From NCBI GenBank assembly GCA_003193925.1, contig PSPG01000003.1, positions 1 through 64,000 of the forward strand: a stretch of DNA of 64,000 nucleotides. The letters run 5' to 3'. This document shows, piece by piece, positions 35,062 to 45,422 of this stretch. The notes under the pieces are model-generated. The model was not told the DNA's origin and ran no database searches. It saw nothing but the letters and a program-made list of their open reading frames with translations. Position 1 is the stretch's first letter, and every line of letters starts with the position of its first letter. The translations under genes were made by a program, and so were the position numbers. Origin of the DNA: Candidatus Thalassarchaeum betae (GTDB lineage: Archaea > Thermoplasmatota > Poseidoniia > Poseidoniales > Thalassarchaeaceae).

Positions 35062-37125
35062 GTGAGTAGTGTGATTGAGAACATCCAGGAGATTGGAGTG
35101 GGCACAGCATTAGTCGGACTGCTGATTGCATTCGTGCTGTACAAGAAAATCAACAAGACCGAAATCAGCAATCCGATCGTCGCAGACATCACTCAGCAGA
35201 TTCAGGACGGAGCTATGACCTTCCTGAGGGCCGAATACAGGTACCTAGCCATCTTCATCGCAATTGTGGCTGCGGCGCTTTACGCCAACCCGAGCACCGA
35301 GCCGGAGACCGCTGTCGCGTTCCTCGCTGGCGCCGCGGCCAGCGTTGCCGCTGGATTCAGCGGTATGCGCGCGGCTACCAGCGCCAATGGGCGCACCGCG
35401 ATGGCCGCAGCCGAAGGCGGGCAGCCTGCCGCGCTGGCCGTGGCCTACAACGGTGGGGCTGTGATGGGCCTGTCCGTCGGTGGCCTCGGACTGCTAGGAA
35501 TCTCCGTGATGGCGATGTGGCTGGGCACCGGAGACGCCATCCAGAACGTCGCTGGCTTCGGGATGGGGGCTTCGTCCATCGCGCTGTTCGCGCGCGTGGG
35601 CGGGGGTATCTTCACCAAGGCGGCCGACGTCGGTGCCGACCTAGTTGGCAAGGTCGAGGTTGGAATCCCTGAGGATGATCCCCGCAACCCCGGTGTCATC
35701 GCCGACAACGTCGGTGACAACGTCGGTGACGTCGCAGGAATGGGCGCTGACATCTTCGAGTCCTTCGTCGGCTCGATCATCGCCGCTATGATCATCGCGC
35801 AGGCCTCGGGCATGCACGAGCACTACGTCCTCCTGCCGATCTTCCTCGGCTTCGTCGGGTACGCTGCGAGCATCATCGGCATCTTCAGCATGGAGCTGAT
35901 GAAGGGCGGCGATGCCGCTGCGGCCCTACGAAACACCACCTTCATCGGCGCTGGACTGTTCTGGGTCGCTGGCTGGTTCGGAATCGGTGAAATCGGGCTA
36001 GAGACCGGCACTGACCCGATGATTGCCGTGATTATCGGCAGCATAGTCGGTATCCTGATTGGACTCGTGACCGAGTACTACACGGGAATCGAGGACGTCC
36101 TCGGTGTCTCGACCAGGGCAATCCCGCACATCGCCGAGATGTCCAAGACCGGTCCTGCTACCAACGCCATAGCCGGCCTCTCGGTCGGGATGCAGTCGAC
36201 CTTCATCCCCATCCTCCTCATCTCCCTCGGCATCTTCGGCGCCAACCACTACATGGGTGGCGGCGATCCCGGCCTCTATGGAATCGCAATGGCCGCCATG
36301 GGCATGCTCGCGACCGTCGGCGTCACGATGACTGTAGACGCCTACGGGCCCGTGGCAGACAACGCCGGAGGGATCTCGGAGATGAGCAAGCTCGGCTCGG
36401 ACGTCCGCGAAATCACCGACGGACTCGACAGCATCGGCAACACCACTGCCGCCATCGGCAAGGGATTCGCAATCGGCTCGGCCGCTCTGACCGCTCTGGC
36501 CCTGTTCGCCGCCTTCAAGACCTCGAGCGGCCTCACGGCCGCTGACCTCAGCCTGACCGAGCCGATAGTTGTAATCGGGCTACTGATCGGTGGCTCGCTG
36601 CCGTTCGTCATCGCAGCGATGACGATGACCAGCGTCGGAAAGGCAGCCGGTGAGATGGTCAACGAGATTCGTCGCCAGTTCCGCGAGATCGACGGCCTGC
36701 TGGAGGGCAGAGAGGGCGTCAAACCGGACAGCGCCCGGTGCGTCGAGATCTCGACCCAGGCCGCGCTCCGCGAGATGGTGGCCCCGGGACTGACAGCGAT
36801 TGCTGCTCCTGTAATCGTCGGAACAGTACTAGGCGCAGCAGCCCTAGGCGGGCTTCTGGCTGGGGCCCTCGTGACCGGTGTACTGATGGCGCTCTTCATG
36901 GCCAACGCCGGCGGCGCTTGGGACAACGCGAAGAAGGCCATCGAACAGGGTCGCATCGAGGGTGCCGCGAAGGGCGATGCTTCTCACGATGCGGCGATCA
37001 TCGGCGACACTATCGGCGACCCGTTCAAGGACACCAGCGGGCCTTCGCTGAACATCCTGATCAAGCTGATGTCGATCGTCGCGGTCGTGATAGCCCCAGG
37101 GCTGACCCTCACAGGAATGCTCTGA
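35062..37125 (+). CDS. hppA: Membrane-bound pyrophosphatase, K+-dependent (probably Na+-translocating)
   Basis: [31 protein letters not shown] (Ala = K+-dependent), [10 protein letters not shown]; TTATAAG at 35029-35035. Confidence 0.95.
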   Translation: MSSVIENIQEIGVGTALVGLLIAFVLYKKINKTEISNPIVADITQQIQDGAMTFLRAEYRYLAIFIAIVAAALYANPSTEPETAVAFLAGAAASVAAGFSGMRAATSANGRTAMAAAEGGQPAALAVAYNGGAVMGLSVGGLGLLGISVMAMWLGTGDAIQNVAGFGMGASSIALFARVGGGIFTKAADVGADLVGKVEVGIPEDDPRNPGVIADNVGDNVGDVAGMGADIFESFVGSIIAAMIIAQASGMHEHYVLLPIFLGFVGYAASIIGIFSMELMKGGDAAAALRNTTFIGAGLFWVAGWFGIGEIGLETGTDPMIAVIIGSIVGILIGLVTEYYTGIEDVLGVSTRAIPHIAEMSKTGPATNAIAGLSVGMQSTFIPILLISLGIFGANHYMGGGDPGLYGIAMAAMGMLATVGVTMTVDAYGPVADNAGGISEMSKLGSDVREITDGLDSIGNTTAAIGKGFAIGSAALTALALFAAFKTSSGLTAADLSLTEPIVVIGLLIGGSLPFVIAAMTMTSVGKAAGEMVNEIRRQFREIDGLLEGREGVKPDSARCVEISTQAALREMVAPGLTAIAAPVIVGTVLGAAALGGLLAGALVTGVLMALFMANAGGAWDNAKKAIEQGRIEGAAKGDASHDAAIIGDTIGDPFKDTSGPSLNILIKLMSIVAVVIAPGLTLTGML

Positions 37126-37153
37126 GAGCGCCATACCTGTCTGCGTCAGTCTC

Positions 37154-38134
37154 ATGACTGACGGCAGGGACGGCTTACTCATGCGCGCGGCGCTGAGTAT
37201 GGCCCTGTCGGTCCTGCTGATGGCCACCGCGCTATCCGGCTGCACGAGCATCAGCGGTATCGTCGGGGGCTCTGATTCCGTCGAAGTCCCAGTTTGGGAG
37301 GTCGGCGATTGGTGGCTGTACACCTTCTCGACTCCAGACTACACCGACGACACGGCCCGACTGGTCGTCGCCTCCGTCAGCGAGGAGGACAACTCCTCCT
37401 ACATGCTTGCCATCTCGAGTCTGAGCGAGGCTCGCAGGCACGCGGTGCTGAATCACAACCCGTTCCTCGGCAGGATGACCCATGAGGACCTGAGCGCGTA
37501 CGAGAACGGCGTTGCCCGGACTGTGATGGACTTCCCATTGGATGAGGACAAGACATGGGAATTCACGCTGTTCTCCACCGAATGGAGCTCCAGTGTCAGG
37601 GGCGTCTCCGGGAACTCGGTGACCATCGGCGCTTTCGCGGATGACGGCTCCCAACTCGAATACGTCTACGACGGGGACGTCGGCTTCTTCTCGGCCTTCT
37701 TCTGGACCGACGCCTCCGGTGTCGAGCAGATGCGGATGATGCTCGCCGACAGCGGCGAAGGGCATACTGGCGACGTCTACTTCGTCCGCGGCGGCGACCT
37801 GTACTCTGACGAGTGGGAGGACACCGGGCCGGATATCGAGATCCGTGACACCTTCTTCGTCGGTGACCATCCCTCAGACGGCGAGTGGGACGAGATGATC
37901 TACTTCCTCGACGCCGAGTGCGGCGGGGGCTCCTCCAGCATCACCCTGACACTGCGGGACCATGCCTCGCTCTCCGCCCTCGAGAGGATCTGGGGACCGG
38001 GCGCCAGCGAGAGCGGCACTCTCGGCACCATCCCCTACCCCAGTGAGGAGTACACGCTGACTCTGACTTTCACCGGAAACACGTACCTGCGGCTCATGAT
38101 AGCAGGCGGGATAACCAGTTCTTGGAGCCTCTAG
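37154..38134 (+). CDS. Lipoprotein-like secreted hypothetical protein
   Basis: Signal peptide with an ALSGC lipobox; acidic, beta-rich sequence with VPVWEVGDWWLY. Confidence 0.7.
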   Translation: MTDGRDGLLMRAALSMALSVLLMATALSGCTSISGIVGGSDSVEVPVWEVGDWWLYTFSTPDYTDDTARLVVASVSEEDNSSYMLAISSLSEARRHAVLNHNPFLGRMTHEDLSAYENGVARTVMDFPLDEDKTWEFTLFSTEWSSSVRGVSGNSVTIGAFADDGSQLEYVYDGDVGFFSAFFWTDASGVEQMRMMLADSGEGHTGDVYFVRGGDLYSDEWEDTGPDIEIRDTFFVGDHPSDGEWDEMIYFLDAECGGGSSSITLTLRDHASLSALERIWGPGASESGTLGTIPYPSEEYTLTLTFTGNTYLRLMIAGGITSSWSL

Positions 38135-38397
38135 AGGTAATCGAGCAGGTGGTCCGAGCCACCGACGAACACGGGCTCCTCGCCCCTGAGGTCGAACAAG
38201 ATCGGAACCGTGCGGTGCTTGGTCTCAGCGACTACGGCCTCCCTCAGACCCTCGTGACGATCGAGGTTGACCTCCGTGTAACTGAGGCCGTGCGCCTCCA
38301 GCGTCCTCGTAGCGAGAGTGCAGTACGGGCAGACAGTCTGACTGAAGAACAGGAAGTCCGTATCTGCGGACTCAAGGTACTCACGTACTCGTGACAA
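38131..38397 (-). CDS. Glutaredoxin
   Basis: CPYC, RTVP, FVGGSD; TTG start preceded by GAGGAG. Confidence 0.85.
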   Translation of the reverse strand: MSRVREYLESADTDFLFFSQTVCPYCTLATRTLEAHGLSYTEVNLDRHEGLREAVVAETKHRTVPILFDLRGEEPVFVGGSDHLLDYL

Positions 38398-41300
38398 CGG
38401 CCTCGTCCTCCTCGTACCATGCCTCCGGCCGCTCTCCGAAGTCGCCATCGAACTCGTCCTCGCCATCACCGAAGCGGCCCTCGAGGACCCTGTCGACCTC
38501 ATCGGGATCGATGAACCATAGCAGTATCACCGTGAACAGGGTTAGCGCTGCTCCTATGTACAGCGAGGTGGTGTAGTCGAACCTCTGTATCATCTCGCCT
38601 GCGAACAGGTAGGCGAACACCGCCGAGAGGTTGAACATCGACATGTAGGCGGTGAACTGGGTCCCGCCGGCCTTGCTGAAGGTCAGCCTCATCGCGACAG
38701 CTATGATGCAGATCCAAGCGATGCCGTTGACGATGGAGCGGGCGCAAAGGTACGTGGTCATCACCGCAGTATTCGTCCAGTAGTCCGAGAGAAGCGCCAT
38801 TCCGGCGTTTGCCAAGGCTAGGAATGTGAAGCCGACCATAGCGACCTCCCTGACGCCAAACTTGTCCCCGATTATGCCTCCGATGATCTGTCCGAGCATC
38901 ATGAAGGCGATGACGATGCCACCCATGGTGACGTTGTACTTCGTCTGCGACCAGCTGGCCTCGTTGATGAAGATGTCAACCACTATCGGGTCGGTGAAGA
39001 GGTATAGTTCGGCCAGCAGGCACAGGAAGATGAGCAGGAAGGAAGAGCGGGTGGAGAAACCCTGGACGATGTAGTAGGCGGTACTGGAGACGTTCCTCTT
39101 CGACGATCTCGACATGAAGAAGAACGGATTGGGGACATCCGGTAGGGATACACCGAGCCACTCTGCGATGAGGAGTAGGGCGGTCAGGGCGAAACTGACC
39201 TTAGTGAACAGGAGGAACGGGCCTCCGATTGCGCCGTACGTCGCGTTGGTCGAAACTAGGTGGAGGATAGCGAACGCACCGCCGATGAGCAGGGCCACTA
39301 TGCTCACCCAAAGCAGTGCCGCGGGGAGGCTGACATTGTCCCGATACAGGTTGGTGGCTACCCATCTCGCCCTGTTGAAACGGGGGTCCTCGTCCCCATC
39401 CCAAGGCAGTGCGATCTCGGCCTCTGGATCTTCCTCCGACTCCTCCTCCTGGGTCCACCAGAGGTCCTCCTGGCCTTCCTCTGGCTTGCTCCAAGGGAAC
39501 AGCCTGTCCCCGGGCCTCTCGCGCAGGAACAGCGGCATCAACATGATGAGAAGCAGCACAGGCAGTTGGACCATGATCGCTGACTTGATGCCGAAGGGGA
39601 CGACCAGCATCCCGAGGACCGCCCCTCCGAATATGATGCCGCCGCGCTTGGCGGCGAACATGAAGCCGTTCGCCTTGGCGACCTCGTGGGGCTCTAGCAC
39701 ATCGACGGCGAGAGCGTCTACGCTGACGTCCTGCAAGGACGAGAACAGGTTGTGGACGAACAGCAGTATGGTAACGAGTCCGATTGAGGCGTTGAGGTCG
39801 GGCACGAAGAGCAGGGTGGATAGGGAGACCACCATCCCGGTCTGGGCGAATAGGATCCACGGGCGCCTGATTCCGTATGCTGGGAATCGAATTAGGTCAA
39901 TCATGGGGCCCCAGATGAACTTGAACGTCCAAGGCAGGGCGATAGTCGCGAACAGTATGGCGATCTGCTCGGGCGAGGCCCCGTTGTCGACGAGGTAGGC
40001 GACGAAGGCCACGTAGGTGAACCCGGACGGCAGTCCCTGGGCGACGTACAGCACGCACAGAGAGACGAAGCGCCTCATCGTGCTCTCTGTGAGCGAATTG
40101 CCTTCTTTCCATGATCGCCGGCCTGCTCTGAGAACTTCCGGGATGCGTGCCGGGCTGTAGGCCCTGATGTCGAACTCTCCGTCTTCGCCGTCTGAGGATG
40201 AGAGGGCGGAGAGGAACTTCCGGTCCCAGCGCTCATTGATCATGATGTAACCAAGCAAGGCCAAGATCATCACGAATGGAATGAAGAAGACGTAGGAGCC
40301 AATAGAAACCAAGCCGACTGCGGCGCCAACGGCCGACATCTCATCGATGAGGATGACCCTGCGGGCATCTACCGGGGAGATGCTGTCATCGGACATGACC
40401 AGCCTGGCGTAGATGGTGGTGTTGCCCGACTGCTCGTGCGGGTCGAGCTTGATGCGCCAACTTGCCCAGTCCCCGTTCTTGGACAGGTCGGCAGCCCCCT
40501 GCCACTCCCCCCCTCCAACCTTTACCTCAACGAGGCCGGTTCCGGGTGCGGCACCTGATGCAGTCCCGGCGATGTAGCTCTCGTTGCCGATCTCCTGCAG
40601 CGTGACGACGTCCATCGAGACGTTTAGCGAGCGGTCTATGCTGCCAGCCGCCTCGACGAAGGCCACCGGGTCGGCCTGACCGTAACCGAACTCGTTGTCA
40701 GGTCGAGATTCGAGCAGGCTGCAGTCGTTGAATCCGGGGTCGTCCAGCAATGCGATCTCCCGCTCTATCGAGTGGGCCCCGATGATGTCCTTGAACTCGG
40801 TCGGGGTCATGTCCGGATTGGCCTGCATCATCAGCGCGGCTATTCCTGCCATCAGCGGTGTGGCCATGCTGGTGCCGGACTTGCTGGTGTAGCCGTCCTT
40901 AGTGGCTGCATCGGGGGCCATGATGTTCGAGCCTATCGTGGCGACATCTGGCTTCACTCGCAAATCGGAGGTGTAGCCCCTGCTGCTGTAAATGGCGAGG
41001 CTGAGGTCCTTGTCCAGGCTAGCCACCGTAACGGGCAGTCGGGCGTCGCCCGGGCTGTCGATGGTGTTGCAGCCTGCGAGGGTGGCACCGCCGAACTCGT
41101 TGCCCGCGGACAGCGTGGTGATGATGCCGGCCTCGACCACCATGTCCATCTGGCGGCTCCAGGCAGAGTTGCCGTCGTTGTCGACGTGGATCTCGAACTG
41201 CTGCTCGCCGAGCGAGGAGGTGAGGATGTCGATGCCATGACCACCATCCCACTGACGATCCTTGTTGTCGATAGCCCACTGGGCACCCTGCATGATGTCC

Positions 41301-42205
41301 TCGATGTCGCCGTCGCAGCACGACAGGATGTTGATCAGGAATGCTCCCGGTGCTGCTCCGATGTAGCGTAGCCCGGTGCTGGGGTCGGTCTGACCTCCTC
41401 CCGTTCCAGCAGCGATGCCGGCAACATGGCTGCCATGGTCACTGGAGTCGTAGGACTCAGCCGGATCTTGCTCCGCGTCGGTTATCACGGCGTCGAAGAA
41501 GGCGATGATCTTCGGGTCACAGTCGGCTGGTATTGGGTCGGGGTTGGGGTCTAGTGGATCAGGTGGGTCATCGAGGCAGGTGAACGGGTCGTCGTCCATG
41601 TCGTTGAGGCCCTCATGGTCACCGCGAATCCCGGTGTCTAGGATCGCGATCACCGAGCCGGTGCCATCGAGGCCGAGTTCGGTCCAGACCTGGTCGACCC
41701 CTAGGGTCGGGACGGCTTCGTGCATGTTCGGCTCGGCCAGGCCGAGGTCCTCGACCATCACGACCCCGGGAAGGGCGCGGACGCCTTTGGGGTCGAGGAG
41801 CGCTGCGAAGGGGACCGTGGCAGCGAACAGGTCGAGGTACTTGGCCCGGAACGTGACCTCGGCGCCAAGCCGCTCGAGGACCCTGACGTCGGCGTCGGTA
41901 GGATGGTGGTCGTAGTCGACGAACACCCTGGCGCTCCCGGCCGGTGCTCGGCGCCACCAGTCCTGCTGGACGTCAGCCGGCTGCTCGAGCAGCCACTCGA
42001 GCCTGTCATCCAGTTGGTTGGCGTCCTTGTCGCGGCTCCAGTAGAGCCACCAGTAGGCATGGATGTCGGATTCCACCGAGGCACTCCAGTTGCCGTCTGC
42101 GTCGAATCCGCCGCGCCCGTCCTCGGCCATTATGGTCGATGAGGCGAGTGGCAGCAGGAACAGCAGGACGACTGCTGAGGCCAACGCTGCACGCCGTCCT
42201 GCCAT
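38381..42205 (-). CDS. Fusion of a secreted S8 subtilisin-family peptidase and an AmpG-like MFS transporter
   Basis: Signal peptide; ILDTG, HGSHVAG, SAGN and SGTSMATP triad motifs; a linker TM helix; then LYVAQGLP, PWTFKFIWGP, RRPWI, QDVSVDALA and TQFTAYMS. Confidence 0.9.
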   Translation of the reverse strand: MAGRRAALASAVVLLFLLPLASSTIMAEDGRGGFDADGNWSASVESDIHAYWWLYWSRDKDANQLDDRLEWLLEQPADVQQDWWRRAPAGSARVFVDYDHHPTDADVRVLERLGAEVTFRAKYLDLFAATVPFAALLDPKGVRALPGVVMVEDLGLAEPNMHEAVPTLGVDQVWTELGLDGTGSVIAILDTGIRGDHEGLNDMDDDPFTCLDDPPDPLDPNPDPIPADCDPKIIAFFDAVITDAEQDPAESYDSSDHGSHVAGIAAGTGGGQTDPSTGLRYIGAAPGAFLINILSCCDGDIEDIMQGAQWAIDNKDRQWDGGHGIDILTSSLGEQQFEIHVDNDGNSAWSRQMDMVVEAGIITTLSAGNEFGGATLAGCNTIDSPGDARLPVTVASLDKDLSLAIYSSRGYTSDLRVKPDVATIGSNIMAPDAATKDGYTSKSGTSMATPLMAGIAALMMQANPDMTPTEFKDIIGAHSIEREIALLDDPGFNDCSLLESRPDNEFGYGQADPVAFVEAAGSIDRSLNVSMDVVTLQEIGNESYIAGTASGAAPGTGLVEVKVGGGEWQGAADLSKNGDWASWRIKLDPHEQSGNTTIYARLVMSDDSISPVDARRVILIDEMSAVGAAVGLVSIGSYVFFIPFVMILALLGYIMINERWDRKFLSALSSSDGEDGEFDIRAYSPARIPEVLRAGRRSWKEGNSLTESTMRRFVSLCVLYVAQGLPSGFTYVAFVAYLVDNGASPEQIAILFATIALPWTFKFIWGPMIDLIRFPAYGIRRPWILFAQTGMVVSLSTLLFVPDLNASIGLVTILLFVHNLFSSLQDVSVDALAVDVLEPHEVAKANGFMFAAKRGGIIFGGAVLGMLVVPFGIKSAIMVQLPVLLLIMLMPLFLRERPGDRLFPWSKPEEGQEDLWWTQEEESEEDPEAEIALPWDGDEDPRFNRARWVATNLYRDNVSLPAALLWVSIVALLIGGAFAILHLVSTNATYGAIGGPFLLFTKVSFALTALLLIAEWLGVSLPDVPNPFFFMSRSSKRNVSSTAYYIVQGFSTRSSFLLIFLCLLAELYLFTDPIVVDIFINEASWSQTKYNVTMGGIVIAFMMLGQIIGGIIGDKFGVREVAMVGFTFLALANAGMALLSDYWTNTAVMTTYLCARSIVNGIAWICIIAVAMRLTFSKAGGTQFTAYMSMFNLSAVFAYLFAGEMIQRFDYTTSLYIGAALTLFTVILLWFIDPDEVDRVLEGRFGDGEDEFDGDFGERPEAWYEEDEAVVTST

Positions 42206-42255
42206 GGGCAGGACGAAAGTGGGGTGGTGTTTGAGACTTAGGTCGTCATCAGTCG

Positions 42256-43125
42256 TCAACTGACCTTCATTCCCTGATTGTCGTAGTCCCACTCGATGAC
42301 TTCCCAGCCGGCCTCCTCGACCGCGGAAACCGCTGTACTGACGCCCGTCGGGGAGCATAGCAGGCCCACTGAGCCACCGCCGCCTGCGCCCAAAGCCTTC
42401 CAAGCCACCGCCGAGCCCGCCTCCAGAAGGGGGTCAATCACGCCTCGAAACGGGTCGTGGATCGCCGGATCCAGCATGTCGACTCCCTTGCAGACCTCAT
42501 TGAGGGCATGGACCACGAGTTCGCGCCGATCGCGTTGAAGCCCCTCGGCCATGGTTCGTGCGGCCCCTCTGATGAGATGCAGGCCGCCGATCACCGACTC
42601 GTCGCCCTGATCGTAGCGCTCCCAGACCCCGGAGTGCATGTCTCCTGAGGTGTGCTCGATTCCCGTATAGGCGATGACGAAGTGCTTGCGCAGCCAGTTC
42701 CTCGCCGAGCGCATCGGCTCGAACGGCATCTCCTCGACCTCGTCGCCGAGGAAGAGCAGGTGGTTGAATCCACCATGTGCGGCGGCCCACTGGTCCTGCC
42801 TGCCGCCGCGGTTCTCGAGCAGGGCCTCGAACTGGAAGGCGAGCTCGGCGATGTCCTCAGGGCTCTTGTCGCCACCGGCGATGGTCGCAATCAGTCCGAC
42901 GTTCATCGCCCCGCTCGTCCCGAGGCCCGATCCCGTCGGCATGTCGCTGCTGTACTCGACCCGTATCCGCCCGTCCGCGTCCTTCTCCATGATGCTCCGG
43001 ATGTATCGATTGATGGCGAAGTTGACGACCTCGCCCCCGAAATCGCCGCTGTACGGCTGGACGTCGGTCCAGCCTCCTGCGAGGTCGACGCGTACGGGAA
43101 CCACCACTTCCACGCGTTCCGCCAT
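42256..43125 (-). CDS. GHMP family sugar kinase (HddA/fucokinase-like)
   Basis: PVRVDLAGGWTD, PTGSGLGTSG, GRQDQ, GAGGGG. Confidence 0.85.
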   Translation of the reverse strand: MAERVEVVVPVRVDLAGGWTDVQPYSGDFGGEVVNFAINRYIRSIMEKDADGRIRVEYSSDMPTGSGLGTSGAMNVGLIATIAGGDKSPEDIAELAFQFEALLENRGGRQDQWAAAHGGFNHLLFLGDEVEEMPFEPMRSARNWLRKHFVIAYTGIEHTSGDMHSGVWERYDQGDESVIGGLHLIRGAARTMAEGLQRDRRELVVHALNEVCKGVDMLDPAIHDPFRGVIDPLLEAGSAVAWKALGAGGGGSVGLLCSPTGVSTAVSAVEEAGWEVIEWDYDNQGMKVS

Positions 43126-43207
43126 CGAACACAGCAAATCTCCGACCCATGAGAAGGATTCGGTCTGCGACCGAAAATAACGGGTAGGTAAGGCCCCTCC
43201 GCCCTAC

Positions 43208-43921
43208 ATGGCCTCCGGTGTGGATCGAGCCATCGCCGCATTCGTCGCCGGTGAGCCAGTCATGGTGTTCGACTCAGCCTTCAGGGAGCGGGAGACCGAC
43301 CTGCTGTGGCCCGCGGACGCCGCGACGCCGGAGGTCATGCGGACTCTGCGCAAAGACTGCGGCGGCCTGCTGTTCCTCGCTATCGGAAACGAGATCGGCG
43401 AGCTCTTCGGGCTGCCATGGCTGCAGGACATCCATTCGCACCCTGCGCTGGTCAAGGAGAACCCGGTGCTCGCCGATCTCGTGACCAACGACCTGCAGTA
43501 CGACACGCGCTCTGCATTCACAGTCTCACTGAACCACAGGGACACGTACACCGGAATCACCGACCGCGACCGCGCCCTGACCACCCGCAGATTCGGCGAA
43601 CTGACCGGTGAACTGCTCGCCAGTGGGGCGGACGGTGAGGCTGCGCGAGCCGCACTCGGCGCCGAGTTTCGCACCCCCGGGCACATCCCAGTGTGCCGAG
43701 AGTCCCGGCAGGGGCTCAGGACGCGACAGGGGCACACCGAGCTGGCCGTCTCGATAGCGCGGCTCTCCGGGCACTCGCCGTGCACCATCGGCGCCGAAAT
43801 GCTGCAGCCGGACGGCGACGGCGCTCTGGCTGTCGAGGATGCCCGCGAATACGCCCGCAAGCGTGGCATACCGATGATCACCGGGGCAGACATACTCGAG
43901 GCGCTTGGGATAGACGAATGA
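43208..43921 (+). CDS. ribB: 3,4-dihydroxy-2-butanone-4-phosphate synthase (archaeal type)
   Basis: DSAFRERETD, YTGITDRDR, FRTPGH, RQGHTE. Confidence 0.93.
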   Translation: MASGVDRAIAAFVAGEPVMVFDSAFRERETDLLWPADAATPEVMRTLRKDCGGLLFLAIGNEIGELFGLPWLQDIHSHPALVKENPVLADLVTNDLQYDTRSAFTVSLNHRDTYTGITDRDRALTTRRFGELTGELLASGADGEAARAALGAEFRTPGHIPVCRESRQGLRTRQGHTELAVSIARLSGHSPCTIGAEMLQPDGDGALAVEDAREYARKRGIPMITGADILEALGIDE

Positions 43922-43964
43922 GGCGAAGGATTGAGGCAGGTCTGCGTTTCGGGGGTGTGAGAGC

Positions 43965-44423
43965 ATGGTGCGCGTGATGGCCGTCGGCATTTTCGATCTC
44001 CTTCACGCCGGGCACCTGCACTACCTCGAGCAGGCCAAGTCGCTGGGCGACGAACTGGTCGTCGTGGTTGCTCACGATGACACGGTCCGCAATCAGAAGC
44101 ACGAGCCCATAACGGGCCAGGAGTTGCGACGCAGGATGGTTGCCGGGCTGAAGCCGGTGGACGAGGCCATCGTGGGTAACCCCCCTTCAGTCCCGATCTT
44201 CGACATCCTCGATGTCGTCAAGCCCGACAAAATCGCTCTGGGCTACGACCAGAAGCACTCGATCGAAGCCGTCCGGGCAGGTCTGGAGAGACAGGGCCAT
44301 GGCCACATCGAGGTCGTAAGGGTAGAAGGGCTCTCGGACGACTTGGACGGGACTCGCAAGATCATCTCAAAGATCCTTGACCTCTGGACCGGGACCGAAG
44401 ACGGCCCCTACGAGGAGGATTGA
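43965..44423 (+). CDS. ribL: FAD synthetase (archaeal cytidyltransferase-like)
   Basis: GIFDLLHAGH and IALGYDQ; located within the riboflavin operon. Confidence 0.82.
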   Translation: MVRVMAVGIFDLLHAGHLHYLEQAKSLGDELVVVVAHDDTVRNQKHEPITGQELRRRMVAGLKPVDEAIVGNPPSVPIFDILDVVKPDKIALGYDQKHSIEAVRAGLERQGHGHIEVVRVEGLSDDLDGTRKIISKILDLWTGTEDGPYEED

Positions 44424-44424
44424 G

Positions 44425-45030
44425 ATGTTCACCGGTATCGTACAGGGCACCGGAGAGGTGACTTCGATCTCGGATGGCGGCACAGTGCGTCGGTTCTCCA
44501 TTGAGATGAGTGGTCTGAGCGATGAGCTCGGGATGGGTGCGAGCGTATCCGTCGATGGCGTCTGCCTGACTGTATCCGGAATGGAAGGGAGCGTCGTCGA
44601 CTTCGATGCGATTCCCGAGACGCTGGAGCGCTCGACTCTCGGGGGCCTGTGTGTCGGTGATGCGGTGAACCTCGAGCGCGCCCTGCGCATGGGCGATGAG
44701 CTGGGAGGGCACGTCCTGTCCGGGCATGTAATGGCCACAGCGGAGGTGCTCGGCCGTAGCGAGGTCGGCGAGGGCGTCGACATGGAGATCTCCGTCTCGT
44801 CGGACATCAGGCCGTTTGTCATGGAGAAGGGCTACATCGCCGTCGACGGTATCAGCCTCACCGTCGGCCGGGTCAGGGCCGAGTCGTTCGACGTCCACCT
44901 GATTCCCGAGACCCTCGAGAGGACGACCATCGGCAGCAAGTCTGAGAGCAGCCTTGTAAACATCGAGGTCGACCCAATGACCCAAGCTGTGGTCGAGACC
45001 ATCTCACGGATGATGGAGGCACGCCAGTGA
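44425..45030 (+). CDS. ribE: Riboflavin synthase (bacterial-type alpha chain)
   Basis: MFTGIV N-terminus, DGVCLTV, VNLERAL, GGHVLSGH, DGISLTV. Confidence 0.93.
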   Translation: MFTGIVQGTGEVTSISDGGTVRRFSIEMSGLSDELGMGASVSVDGVCLTVSGMEGSVVDFDAIPETLERSTLGGLCVGDAVNLERALRMGDELGGHVLSGHVMATAEVLGRSEVGEGVDMEISVSSDIRPFVMEKGYIAVDGISLTVGRVRAESFDVHLIPETLERTTIGSKSESSLVNIEVDPMTQAVVETISRMMEARQ

Positions 45031-45422
45031 ACCTCGGCATCGTCTGCGGAGCCTTCCACCGCGAGCACGTCGAGAGTATGCTGGAGTACGCCCGCGACGA
45101 GGCCGCATCGAAGAACTGGGAGGTCGCTGATGTGGTCTGGGTTCCCGGCTCGATGGAGGCTCCTCTAGCACTGGAGAGGATGCTCCAGCGAGAGGACATC
45201 GATGGCGCTGTCGCGCTCGGCATCATCGAGCGGGGCCAGACCGATCACGGTCTGGTCATGGGACAGTCCGTGACGAGGGCGATCATCGAGTTGCAGATTG
45301 CACACAATAAGCCCATCGGGCTCGGGATAATCGGTCCTGGCGCCGAGCCAGAGCACATCGTGGCGCGGTTGGAACCGCATGCCCGCGCTGCTGTCGGCGC
45401 GGTCGCGGCCATGGTAGAGTGA
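45027..45422 (+). CDS. ribH: 6,7-dimethyl-8-ribityllumazine synthase
   Basis: VPGSMEAP, LGIIERGQTDH, KPIGLGIIGP. Confidence 0.9.
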   Translation: MNLGIVCGAFHREHVESMLEYARDEAASKNWEVADVVWVPGSMEAPLALERMLQREDIDGAVALGIIERGQTDHGLVMGQSVTRAIIELQIAHNKPIGLGIIGPGAEPEHIVARLEPHARAAVGAVAAMVE

